Assembly: GCF_009834535.1 (NCBI RefSeq) | Contig: NC_045720.1 | Coordinates: forward strand, 3,596,001-3,660,000 | Direction: 5' to 3' | DNA from: Camelus ferus | Taxonomy: Eukaryota | DNA: 64,000 nt | In this document: positions 11,501 to 23,150 of the stretch, piece after piece | Layout of the letters: each line of letters begins with the position of its first letter | How positions within the stretch are numbered: the first letter of the stretch is position 1 | The notes under the pieces: model-generated | Databases searched by the model: none | What the model was told of the DNA's origin: nothing | Seen by the model: the letters and a program-made list of their open reading frames with translations, nothing else | Program-made: the position numbers and the translations under genes

Positions 11501-12126
11501 AGTTCTCTGACCCATCTCCTTTTTCTGTGTTTCTATTTTTGTTCTTTTTTTCCTTCTTTTAGATTAAAAAACATTGTTCCCTTTCTCCCTCATTAGTTAC
11601 ACAGCTGTTCTTTAGTGGTTACCCGGTGATTAGAATATGGGACCTTGATCTACTGCAGTTTAAGACAACAGAAAAGCATGAAGGTAATAGTTAGAATTTG
11701 AATATTTCAAGGCCCTAGCATTATGAGAAAACTGGTAGGCGTAATCATTTGTGTGCGACCTGTTGTAAGTCCACGCTGAACTAGAATGCTGAAGGGAAAC
11801 AAATGCCACAGCCAGCAAAAGCGGCTTCAAAATGAAGGGAAAACAGAAATGCTTTCAAAAGAAAGAAGAGATCATTTAGTATCAGCATACCTGCACTAAA
11901 CACCAAAGGCAGGGGGGGAAATGACCCCATACAAAAATAAGGAAATGCAGGATGAAAAGAAGAGTGAAAATTTAATACACGTGTAGAACTAAAATTCATA
12001 AAAACAGTGCGAGAGATGGGAAGGATAAAGAGTTAGGGAATTTTAAATTTCTGTGTAAAGTGGAATACAAATAATTTAGCATTTTAGCTTCCCAACCCAT
12101 GCAGCTTTGGAATTCAGCAAATGTCT

Positions 12127-12136
12127 CTTTTAAATT

Positions 12137-12183
<47 letters not shown>

Positions 12184-12456
12184 TTGAAGTCTAGTCGATT
12201 TATTTACTGTGTTGTATTAATTTCTGGGCTGCAGCATAGTGCCTCAGTTACACATAAATACATTCCTTTTCATTACAGGCTACTGCAAGGTGCTGAATAG
12301 AGTTCCCTGTGCTGTACAGTAGGACCTTATTGTTTATCTATTTTATATATAGTAGTTAGTGTCTTTAAAAAAACAAACAAACAAAATCTACATTTTCTTG
12401 CTCCCGTCTCTCATATTTCACGATTTTGATTTCCTCTTTTACACCTTCATGCTTAT
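12127..12456 (-). mobile_element. Cetartiodactyl-type L1 insertion: (TTTA)n tail + 3' UTR + about 90 bp extra 5' segment, with 14-bp TSD
   Basis: TTCAGCAAATGTCT at 12113-12126 and 12457-12470; (TTTA)n at about 12136-12184; antisense L1 tail gttccctgtgctgtacagtaggaccttattgtttatctattttatatatagtag. Confidence 0.9.
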
Positions 12457-12474
12457 TTCAGCAAATGTCTTGAG

Positions 12475-12640
12475 CAGGGCTTGGCCAGCTTTTCCAGGAA
12501 AGGGCCGGATGGTAAATCCTCTGAGGGCTGCCCGGTCTCTGCTCAGCTCTGCCGCTGCAGCAGGAAGACAACCACAGGCCCGCTGCAGATGAGCTGCCAT
12601 GGCTGTGTTCCAGCAACACGGGCTGGAGACGCCACTTTGG
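12475..12640 (+). mobile_element. MER58A-like hAT-Charlie MITE
   Basis: cagggcttggccagctttt...aaagggccggatggtaaat...cggtctctg...ctctgccgctgcagc...catggctgtgttcca follows the recalled MER58A consensus. Confidence 0.65.
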
Positions 12641-12894
12641 GTATCTACAGTCTGGAAGATGTATAGAGATTTCCTATCTGAGTTATCTGTGTGTGTCTAT
12701 TTCTCAAATTCGTAACAGTGCCTTTGGACTCTTTATTTATGTCTTAGGCACTGTGGCTTTAAAATTTATCTTTATATCTGTTAGATCAAAAATCCTTCAC
12801 TTGTTATTCCTCCAAAATTGTCTAAGCCATCCTTGACCTTTTACTCTACAGAGTCTATTTTAAGATCCGTTTGCCAAGTTCCTGAAAAGCCTTG

Positions 12895-13045
12895 CGAGAC
12901 TTTTCGGGGTAATGGAAATGTTCTAAGTCTTGACTGGGGTGGTGGTTACACCGATGCAGATATTTGTCGAAACTCATCACACTGTCTGCTTGAAAACAGA
13001 TGTATTTTATTTAATGTAAATTATAGCTCAAAAAAATTGATTTTA
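12895..13045 (+). mobile_element. L1ME/L1MB 3' terminal relic
   Basis: ttttcggggtaatggaaatgttctaagtcttgactggggtggtggttacac...atttgtcgaaactcatcacactgt...aaattatagctcaa. Confidence 0.75.
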
Positions 13046-13989
13046 ACAAGAAAAGCCAACCAATCAACCGACCGTGTTCCTTCCAGGACCTTTTTCCTGG
13101 AATGGTAATTAACATACACTTCAGGTGCAGAAAAGACTGGTACATTTCCGATGAATTCGCTCCGCCTGCGACAGCTGGAGCGGCTGCAATGTGTCGGTCC
13201 ATTTTGTAGGTCCCGGTGGTAAGTCTCCCTGTCCTTCACTATGGTATATAGGTCTTCATTCGTGCAGGTCTTATTTTATGTTTTAAATATCTTATATTCT
13301 TTGTGATGAACTTGCAGACGTTTGGTTAGATTTGCTGATAGTTAATCTAAGTTTTGTTGCTTTTAGTGATAGAATCTTTTTAAAAATTTAAACGTCTAAC
13401 CGGTTATTAGCGTTGGTTAGAATGCTCTGGATTATCGAGTGGATTTCTCTTTGAAATACCTGTTTCTCAGAGCTTCCTTTCCTGCAGGGGCCAAATATGC
13501 AAGTCGGACTGTCTGAACTGCCAGGTCCCTGTCAGCAATGTCAGCAACAGGATTCTATTTTTCCCTTTTCTTTGGGCCTGCTAAAACCTTCAAGAATGTC
13601 AAGGACACTTTTAAAATTACATCATCAAAAGACCTTTCTATTTATGTTTAAAGCGTGCCCAGTCCCTGTCTGGGTCACATTAGGGCGATTTCTTTTGCAA
13701 TTTATTCCTATTGTCTAAAGTCGGCATTGTCTGCAGAGATTTTGCTTTTAAAAATGAAAACAAACAAACCTTATTTTCCTGCCAGAAAAGACAATATGTA
13801 CTAATGTAAAATATTTGTAAGATGCAGAAATGTATAATGGGAAAAGCCAAATCCTCCTAAACCCCATTCTAACCAATTTGCTACAGCATTTCTCCCACGT
13901 TTTTGGTGCTCATACTGTTTGTGCATATTTATATATTCAACAGGCATTTGTGGATTCCCTCTGAGAGGCAGATTTCTGTCTCATTTCAC

Positions 13990-14320
13990 AAAACAGCGTC
14001 ACTGTTACCTCATGCTTAAAACCTCCAGAGTCTTCCCATCAGTTTAGGATGAAGGAAGATATCGTTTCTAAAACCCAGCACCCAGCTCTCCAGCCTCATC
14101 TTGCCCCGCCTGCCCTCTCCCCGGCTCCAGCCTCGCTAGCATTCTCTCACGTCCTTGAAAGTTCCGTGGCCCATCCCAACACAGGGCTTCTGCACATGTG
14201 GTTCCTCTCCCTTGACAACCTTCCTCTTCCAGTCCTTCCCATCGCTACCTCATGCCTGTACTTCAGAGCTCAGCTGAAGTACCACTTCCCCCAGCTCATG
14301 CCCTGGTATCCATCACCTGA
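13990..14320 (+). mobile_element. L2a 3' relic
   Basis: tgcttaaaacctccagagtcttcccatc...ccagcctcatctt...agggcttctgcacatgtggttcctctc...ttcagagctcagctgaagtaccacttcc. Confidence 0.65.
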
Positions 14321-15429
14321 GCAGACTGCCTTTTGGTTTCTAGACTTTGCTGGAAACTGACATCCCTCCCACCCCACCCACCCATCAGCCTCAGCCCTGG
14401 ACCTCATTTCTGTTATTTCCTGGGACACACCCTACCCGAACACCACCCCCTCGTAGGATCCTCGCTGCTTTGGCCTCTTCTGTACAGAGTGCTTGGTCTA
14501 GTACAATCACTCGCCTCTCACCAGGTGTCCTGCTGACTGTTAAGCCTGGGGAGATGCACTATAAGACTCCTGAGGACAATGCCAGAACGACCTTGGCCCC
14601 TCATCAGTTTTCAGGCAGCACCCAATGCATTGTAGATGTTTTTGCAGTATGGAATTAATTAATAATTATTTCCTCCCATCATACTGTGTCACCACCCTCC
14701 CATGGATACATGCAGGGTTAGGAGGAAGCCCTTGCCAGGCCACCCTCTTTAGTTAACTCTTTACAACCTCCTATAATATGACACACCATCCAGAAGCCAG
14801 GTGATCTCTGACACTGGCACTGGGGTTTGCTTAAGACACCTGCATGGAGAGAGACACAAGGGCACGTCTCCTCCGGATGTCAGAATGACGCAGGTGGGGA
14901 TGCCTGGGGTTGGCAGATCATGGGACCATTTTTATATGTTCTGGTGACTTTGGAGAAAGGCTGTAGCCTGCACATGCTCCTGGAGTTTAAAAAAGCAAGC
15001 CTAATTGATTTCAGGGGCAAAGCGAAAGATGATATTAAGTGCATCGCCAAGCCCTTGAGGTATTTTTGGATCTGTCTCTATTCTGCAATGACAAGGGTTG
15101 CTGAGGGTCCCGAGGCAGCCCTCATCCCCTGCCCGCAGCGTGGAGGCTACCGCTGGGAAGCAGGCTGGGAGAGTGGACAGAGCGGTGCCCAGGGAGATCT
15201 GGGGTCCAGTTCTTGGTCTACCATTTTGAGACAGATTCTCAAAATCTATAGCAATCTTAGAAATCATCTGACCTTACGCTTTCATTCTTTGTGAATAACA
15301 ATCTGGGAATTAATTAGGATCATTTGCAGAGTACCATGCTGGAATGGTCTGTTTAGGGAAGTTTTTAAACACATAGGTTTTGAAGGTAAAAATTCTGCAT
15401 TAGATCTTGGCCCCACCATATTCTAGCTC

Positions 15430-15720
15430 TGTGATTTTTTTTCTTACATGTATCCAATTCTTCCTGTCCCATTTGTTGATAATGTATTCATTTCACATTG
15501 AAACATCAAACAGATGACATATGTAACTTGTTCTATTCCTTTGACCCAGTCATCCATTTTTTCTAGTGTTTTCCCAGTGCCACCACTTTTGGATCCTGGA
15601 GCTTTCTATCAAGTTTTGATATCGGGTAGTGTGAGTGTTTCAGATTTTTCTTCTTCAAGGTCGTTTTGGCTATTTTAGGTCCCTGGCATTCCCACAGAAC
15701 TTTAGAAACAACGTATCTCA
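15430..15720 (-). mobile_element. Old L1M ORF2 relic (post-RT region)
   Basis: Minus-strand translation LWECQGPKIAKTTLKKKN...YPISKL matches L1 ORF2 FIWNxKxPRIAKTILKKKN...LPDFK. Confidence 0.78.
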
Positions 15721-18369
15721 CCTGAACAACAAAGTCAGTAGCACCAAACAGGAAGAACCCACATTCACGGGACAGCAATACAGCAGGCACTTCAAATATG
15801 TGCTCACACCTGATCTTCAATAAACCCTTACAACAGACACTCTGATTAGTATAGTTTTATAGATGCACACATTGGGAGTTAAGAAGTTTAAACAACTTTC
15901 AAGCTTTAAACCCAGTTTCTTCTTTCCCCAAACCCAATGGTCCTAACCCCTGCTGAAGGATGCCTCTAAAAGCCTCGACTTTTTCCACTGCTTACTATAT
16001 TCACATGGACTTGGTTTTGTTAATCTAGGTAGATGGAACAGTGCAGCCATCAGGGACAGAGAAAGAGTCAATCAAGCAAAGCACCTCCAAGGATCTTGAA
16101 AAAAGTTATAATGAACGAATAGGTATCAGCGTTAGTAACTAGCACACTCCTCGCTACACAAAATCAATGATGATCATTTGTGAACTTCACCGAGAAGACA
16201 AGAAGTTTTCTTCTCCTCCCAGGGTTTGTTCAGCAGGTCTCTGTTCCTCCATTGCTCTCTTTTTCTAAAACTTGTGCCTACACTGAGAATTAATCTTAGT
16301 TCTGATGCATGGAGAGTGCTTTGGTGACACTTCTATGTAATGAGAGGTTTATGGAATAAACAGTGGCAGGAAAGCGGAGTTCTCGGAAATGATTCGAAAT
16401 TAAGCCAAAATATAAAGTTTTGGGATCTCTTTGACTGCAAACCTTTGGCTCCTACCCAGACCTCTGTTCTATCCAGAGAAAGAGCTGAGGAAGGTCTTCT
16501 GGAGAAGCCAGTGCTGGCACCACGAGCGTGCTTCCTAACCAGCTACTTTGAAGGGTGGGTCCCCTTTCCCATTAGCCCCATGCGGTATTAGGACCATGCA
16601 CTGTTCCTGAAGCAGCACACATACTCGTAACCCAAGGAAGTGCTCCACCCAAGACTGCGGTGTCAGGGAACCCTATGTTCAAGTGCACGCCTGTTAGACT
16701 CAGAATCTGGAAATATGTGACTGACAGCCAAGAGCCCTCCTCCAGAATAAACCCAGAAGCAGATACTGGAATCTCACCATATTTTGAATTTCTGTTTTGG
16801 GACAGTCCACTGAGAGAAAATTGTCCTTCTCATTCACCTCAGATATGCTGCCACACACACTTCCACTTCTCACTCTGCTCTCTTGGGTGAAAATGACAAA
16901 GACGACTCGTCTTCCGCGTGATCGGTCTTCCGCAGGGTATCGGGGCAGCGCTTTGTCACACACCGCGGCCTTGCTCCGCTGCATTTCATTCCATACCGAA
17001 AGCTCGTGGGGCGTGTAGGGGGTGTCGTTATTCCCCCAGTGTATGGACGTGACAGTGTGTCTTGGCTTATAGACGGGCGATGCTGAGAAAAGTTCTGGGT
17101 TAGAGAGAGATCTCCAAGTACACAGAGCGTAGAGGGTTCTGGAGTAAATGGAGCTCACCGGCATATATAGGCCAAGGGTTCTGAACTCCCTGCAAATGTG
17201 ATCTGCATTTTCACACACTTGTTTATGGGACTTTTCTTGGTGAGGGAATCAGGTCCTCCAGGGAGGATTCATGACCCCCAAATGGGAGACAAGAATGCAA
17301 AGCTTGGAAGCCTGGGGAATGTTGGACACTGAAGGATCAGGCAGAGCAAGGATAACTTTTACAGGAAAAAATTAGTTTGACCCCAGAGGTATTCATGAAG
17401 GTATCTCCATGAACGTAGGGGCTGGGGGACGCATGGACAATTTTGCCCCTCTCGGCTCCACAATTCTGTGTCTGACAGATCCTAGATTCTCTCTGTTGAC
17501 CCTCATTATTCTCTCTTCCCACCCCCAGACAGCTGCTTCAAGAGGGAGAATGACAGGTGGCTCTCATAAATAACCCAGAGGAGAATGTTTCCCACGACAC
17601 AGTAGCCACAGAGCCAGTCTGGGTCAGGAAGGTGGGAGCTCTTTCCACCCCGCCGCCTGCTGTGGTACGAGTGACCTCTGCCACCAGCCAGCATCTTCAC
17701 CGGCGGGGTGAGGAACTGGACTGGGCTCCACTGCCTTTCCCCTCTCTCGGCAGCACTTCAGGCAGCCTCCATCTTCACTGCTGGTGGGCACGTCTGAGGG
17801 AGAATGGAAGCCTGCTGGGTTAGGCTGTCTCTGCGTGTCTGACATTGGCACTGTCTGCAACGTCGCACGAGTGTTTAGAATTTAGAGCCCACAGACTTCT
17901 GGAATCCAAAGCTAAGCCCTCTTCTCTCTTTAGAACTTACTTCCCTCCTCTGTAAGTCAGAGGTGAACAAGATGTCTCCTAGGATTCCTTCGAGCTCTCA
18001 GAGGTCATCTATTCCAGCCACAGCGTCTTCCAGATACAAAACCCAAGAGGATAATGATTTGCCCAGGGTCACACAGCCAGTTGCAGAGTGTGCTAACGTA
18101 AGGCACCTGGAAGGTAAGTCTGACGTCGGCAAAGAAAGACACTGAACAAATACCTTTGAGTGAGTTTCCAAACCTGCTGGCGTGCTCGCAATCTTGTCTT
18201 CACATCCTTGGCACGTGGTTACCTTTTACAGAGGAAAAAAGGGGTAATTGACCCACAACTCTTAGCCACTAACTTCAGAGCTTCCTGTCCACAGATTCTT
18301 TCCCAGTGAGAGGCGGTTATCAGCGATATTTCATGAGTTGAATGAGACATGCCGAAGTGAAGTGCATCC

Positions 18370-18813
18370 ACCATAAAAAGAACGAAACAATGCCATGTGC
18401 AGCAACGTGGATGGACCTAGAGATGATCATACGGAATGAAGTCAGTCAGAGAATGACAAATACCATAAGATATCACTTACATGTGGAATCTTAAAAAAAT
18501 GACACAAATGTACTTATTTACAAAATAGAAATAGATTCACAGACATAAAAAACAAATGTATGGCTGCCAAAGAGGAAAGGAGGGAGAGGGATAAATTAGG
18601 AGTTTGGGATTAACATGTAGACGTCACTATATATAAAATAGATAAACAGCAGGACCCTACTGTAGAGCACAAACTATATTCAATATCTGTAATAATCTAC
18701 AGGTGAAACATCTGAAAAAGGGTATATATGTATATGTATAACAGAATCACTCAGCTGTATGCCTGAAACATTGTAAATCTACTATAGTTCAATAAAAAAA
18801 TGAAAAAAAAAAA
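18370..18813 (+). mobile_element. Cetartiodactyl-type L1 3' fragment inserted in a MIR tail
   Basis: ccataaaaagaacgaaacaatgcc...gggataaattaggagtttgggattaacat...ttcaataaaaaaa; imperfect 15-bp TSD aagtgaagtgcatcc (18355-18369) / aagttaagtgcttcc (18814-18828). Confidence 0.92.
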
Positions 18814-18866
18814 AAGTTAAGTGCTTCCGGTTCTTTAAAAATAGCTCTTTTGAGAACAAATTATAA

Positions 18867-19351
18867 ACTACTCAGTCACAAAAAAAGAATAAAATANNNN
18901 NNNNNNNNNNNNNNNNNNNNNNNNNNNNNNNNNNNNNNNNNNNNNNNNNNNNNNNNNNNNNNNNNNNNNNNNNNNNNNNNNNNNNNNNNNNNNNNNNNNN
19001 NNNNNNNNNNNNNNNNNNNNNNNNNNNNNNNNNNNNNNNNNACAAAACAGAAATAGACTCACAGACATAGTAAACAATCTTATGGTTACCGTGGAAAGGG
19101 GGTAGGAAGGGATAAATTTGGGAGTTTGAGATTTGCAAATGTTAGCTTGTATATATAAAAATAGATTTTTAAAAAAACCAAGTTTTTTCTGTATAGCACA
19201 GGGAACTATATTTAATATCTTATAATAACCTTTATTGAAAAGAATATGAAAATGAATGTTTGTATACGCAAGACTGGGACATTGCACTGTACACCAGAAA
19301 TTGACATATTGTAACTTACTATACTTCAACAAAATAAAAATAATAAATAAA
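18867..19351 (+). mobile_element. Younger L1 3' fragment (camelid-like tail) containing an assembly gap
   Basis: actactcagtcacaaaaaaagaataaaata-N-acaaaacagaaatagactcacagac...ggagtttgagatttgcaaatgttag...gacattgcactgtacaccagaaattgac; near-TSD aacaaattataa (18855-18866) / aacacattataa (19352-19363). Confidence 0.92.
18897..19041. other. Assembly gap (145 N)
   Basis: Run of N characters. Confidence 1.
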
Positions 19352-19477
19352 AACACATTATAAGTTGAAAAACATCTCCTTATGAGAGAAATCCTCCTTG
19401 GAAGTCTTAAATATTTTTAAAAGCACAATGAGTCAAACTTTTCAGCAATGTTTGCTGGTCCTCTTTGCCTCCTACAG

Positions 19478-19558
19478 CTCACAGTGGTGTATTTGAAAAC
19501 ATCGATCGGTTTCATCATGCTGTAGCCGTGGCCCCTGGAGGATTAGCTGAGGAGGAAG
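19478..19558 (+). other. Candidate 81-nt exon (product unknown, possibly lncRNA or UTR)
   Basis: Acceptor tttgctggtcctctttgcctcctacag| and donor AAG|gtaaat; one open frame (AHSGVFENIDRFHHAVAVAPGGLAEEE) with no recognised homology. Confidence 0.35.
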
Positions 19559-20167
19559 GTAAATGGAACGTAGGCAGCCTGCTCTCCAAGACAACCGTCT
19601 GTGGCCCCGCTTGCTCCAAGATTGTGACCCAGGCATCTGTCCCTGGCAGTCACTGCATATTGAATCTGACCTCAGGGACACAGCTTCCTCTCAGCTTCTT
19701 GGGAAACTTTGTTCATTCTATTTTCAAAATCCTAGCCATGAAGAAGTTAGAGGTTTGGCAGTGGGAATGGACACCTTCCAGGCCATTTGGCTGTTGTAGC
19801 CTCATTTAATTAACTGACCGTCTGTGCAGGCTTGATACGTGAGGCATAGAAAATCGGAGGCTATTTGTGGAACTTGGGAGAAGAAAATGACTCAGTGAGT
19901 CAGATTTGCAGGTGCTTCCTTCTCCCTTGCTTGGAGAAGGGCCTCCCCTGTTCCTCCAGGCTGTTTCCAGGTGTGGAGGCCCCTTCATCCCTCTCCTCAC
20001 CTCCTTTTGAGGGGCCTTGTGCTAAATTGGAAAGAGCCCAGGGATCTCAGTGAGGGTCCAGGATCTGCCTCTAATGAGACACTTGACCATTGACAAGTCT
20101 TCTCACCTCTCTGGCCTCAGTTTCCTCAGATGCACCAGGCAAGCATTGGGCTCTGTGATCTCTAGTC

Positions 20168-20430
20168 TTTTTCTTTCTTTCTTTTTTTTAATTGAAGTAT
20201 ACACAATTACAAAGTGACACAATTACAGTGTGTCAGTTTTCGGTGTGCGGTGTAATGTCCTGGTCCTACATACACATACATGTATTCGTTTTCATAATAG
20301 GTTACTACAAGATATTGAATAGAGTCCCCTGTGCTATACGGAAGAAGTTTGTTTTTTATCTATGTTTATATATAGTAGTTAGTATTTTCAAACCTTGAAC
20401 TCCCAAGTTTATCCCTTCCCACTCCCTTTT
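20168..20430 (-). mobile_element. Camelid-like L1 3' fragment
   Basis: T-rich tail, then attgaagtata...ggttactacaagatattgaatagagtcccctgtgctatacgg...ttcaaaccttgaactcccaagtttatcccttccc. Confidence 0.9.
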
Positions 20431-20456
20431 CAGTCTTCTTCAACTCTTGCCCTCAG

Positions 20457-20552
20457 GAATCTTAATAAAGCCAGGCCCTGAACGTGATGCTGGGAGATTT
20501 TGCTGTCATGGAATTACCCTCATCAATGCAGAGACAGGAAACAAAGAAGCAG
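20457..20552 (+). other. Candidate 96-nt exon in L2-like sequence
   Basis: Acceptor cttttcagtcttcttcaactcttgccctcag| and donor CAG|gtaagc. Confidence 0.28.
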
Positions 20553-20834
20553 GTAAGCAAATGTGAACAGCATCCTTTCAGGAGGTGATACGTGCTCTGC
20601 ATGAAACAAATAAATGACAAAGGCGCCCTGAGGATACTATCTGCTGTCAACTTCCTTCATCCCTCTTAGCTCCTTCCAATGAAGAGCTTGGGGGGGGGGG
20701 GGGCGGGGGATGGGGCATGGAGCAGACTGCTGTGGTTCACTTCTGTCAGCGTGTTGGGCAGAGAACAGGGTGGAAGGGCAGGTGGAGAGCAGACCTGGAG
20801 GCGCAACGAGGTTTTCATCTTTCACATCCTAAAA

Positions 20835-21560
20835 AGACTTTGAAATTACACCCAGTTTTAAACAACTCGTGGTTCAAAGAGGAAATCATGATAGAAAGTT
20901 GTCAACATTTGGTCCATTGCTAGTAATGGAAGTATTACATATCTAACCGTGGTATTTTATGCTGGGGAAAAAGAAAACCTTACAACTGGTAAGTTAAGTA
21001 TCATGAAGTTTGGCAAAAGGACAAGACGGTTCTCCCCTGCCCCCTTTCAAGATAGAAGAAATATCTAAATATAAGGCTAGAAACTAGTGACTTAGAAATA
21101 AATATTAAGTGTAAAACAGAGCAATATTTGTTTCTTTGAAGTGCTAATAGTTTAGACAACATCTGATAATACTCATCAAGAACAAAAGGTTAGGGGTGAA
21201 CATAAACCTAAGAAATTAACGTGCACATCATTCCACATGGTGAGACATTAGAGACAGTCTCTTGCAAGTGTTGTATGTCAATAAATTAAAACGTAGACAA
21301 AATGAATATTTTCTTGAAAAACTAAGATTCAAGTGTCTCTACAGCAGGGCCCTCCCAAGCATGAGGGAAATGCACATACAATTCCAATTTTATGCAAACG
21401 CTTCCGTGGAAGAGAACTCGTCCCATACTCGTTTGTGAGGTGAATGAATATAACCTCATATCCAAGCCAGACAAGGACAGCGCAAGAACTGAAAATTCAG
21501 GCCAGGCTACTCATGAATATAGATCCGAAATCTTGAAAAAGACATTAGCCAACTAAACCG
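20835..21560 (+). mobile_element. Old L1M ORF2 relic (EN-RT linker to RT start)
   Basis: ttaaacaactcgtggttcaaagaggaaatc (LNNSWxKEEI); ataacctcatatccaagccagacaaggac (ITLIPKPDKD); ctcatgaatatagatccgaaatcttg (LMNIDxKIL). Confidence 0.85.
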
Positions 21561-21815
21561 AGGTGAAGACGTGAGGCAGAGGAAAGTCACGCGCTCTGCC
21601 CGAGAGCTCGTGGCCTGGACGCGGCCGAACCAGGGCTTCCCTCAACCTCCGCCTCTAGCGAGAGGGCTCTGCTCCACGGTGACTGTTAGGGTAGCGCTGA
21701 GAGGTCTAAACTCCTGCACATCAGAAAAATGAGCCTATCCCCCCAGGTGGACAGGACTCTGGGCGCCTCATGGCTTCTATGGAGGGTTCTCCTCCAGCCC
21801 ATCTGATGGTCAGGG

Positions 21816-21912
21816 TAGGGCGGCCAGCTCCTCCTGGTTGACCTGAGGCTACTTGGATTTTATAACTAAAAGTCCCTCAGTCCTGGGCAAATCGGGACCA
21901 TCTGTCACCCTC
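21816..21912. mobile_element. MER81-like hAT-Blackjack MITE
   Basis: Degenerate terminal inverted repeats tagggcggcca... / ...tgtcaccctc; internal aaagtccctcagtcctgggcaaatcgggac. Confidence 0.65.
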
Positions 21913-23019
21913 GATGGGGACAACCGAGCGTCCTTTAGTTCCCTGACAGCTTCCTCCAGCAAAGAACACGGCATCTTGTGGAAAACGCAGGTTGGTTAGT
22001 TACAGCTGGAGGCAAGACTGGGCGGCAGCTAGAGGGCTGAACAGGCACACATCTCCAGCAACATCAGATCTACCAAGCGCTTTCTGGAGCCAGAACGCGA
22101 GGCAGTCTCTCACAGACCTTGCCGCTTATGACAGGGACCCATCAAGACAAGCACTGTCGTCCCTATTTTGTATGGAAACCAGAAAAGTGGCATGGACACC
22201 AAGGTAAAAGGGAGAAAGTGTGAATGAGCTGATCAATGGATGAAGTAGTAACTTCCTCGCTTCCATTAGAGTGACAGCCTTGATGAATATGGTGGCATCT
22301 GGCCTTCCCCCTGCTCACAGAGCCCACTGGAGCTTGAAAAATGAGCCCCAGGACCCTGAGGATGTGGCATGAGCTCCCTTCCCAGGCCCGGCTGTCACCT
22401 GAGGCCCTCCCCAGAGTTTGCCCTCTGCTCTCTCCTGAAAACAAGCAGGTGGCCTGGCCCATTGCTGGCTGTGAGTCCTTGAATGGGAGAGGGGTGGCCA
22501 GGCAGCTCTGGGGCTGCTCCAAGGATAACGGGGACACCTGGCAGGACGGACTCCTGCCTGTGGGCTGGAGCTGGCATTCCAAGGACTCACACGTACTACG
22601 TCTAGAAGGTCTGGGCTTGGAATTTTCCAGGACGATCAGAATTCCTTGGACATTCAGAAGGGTTGTGCTCAGCACACTGCCAGGCACAGAGTAGGTGTTT
22701 AATGGAATTCAGAGCCATCTGGTTCCAAAGAATTGCTTCTATAGCAAGCCGGTCATTCATTTTTCTCCTTGTAGGTAGCCAGCACCTGAACAGTTGCCCA
22801 CGTCTTTGCCTCCCTCTATTACCTGGGCTGATCCCAGTGTCTGGGACCCAGGGATGTTTAGGAAATGCTGCTTTCCTTTTCTGCCCCTCTTCCTCTCCCA
22901 GTGTCCTTGGCCATGCCGGCCCGGTGAGCAGCCTTCACACAATGAAGGTGAAGAGTGAACCTGAACTGCCTTTGGAGGCACAGACCCAAGTCCGCGCTGC
23001 TGGCAGGGCATCACGGAGA

Positions 23020-23150
23020 CTGGGAGCATGGACTTTGGAGCCAAACAGATGTGGGTTCAATTTCCAGGCTCACTCGAGGCCTCATTTTCCTCTCCTACAA
23101 CACGGTAGCTACCTAGCTGGGTTATTTTCATAGTTAGAGGTTGTGCTGAA
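23020..23150 (+). mobile_element. MIR SINE relic
   Basis: catggactttggagccaaacagatgtgggttcaatttccagg...ggcctcattttcctc. Confidence 0.6.

Noticed and set aside
16700-17218. 172-aa minus-strand ORF
   Set aside because: Overlaps a GC-shifted MIR relic; no homology recognised.
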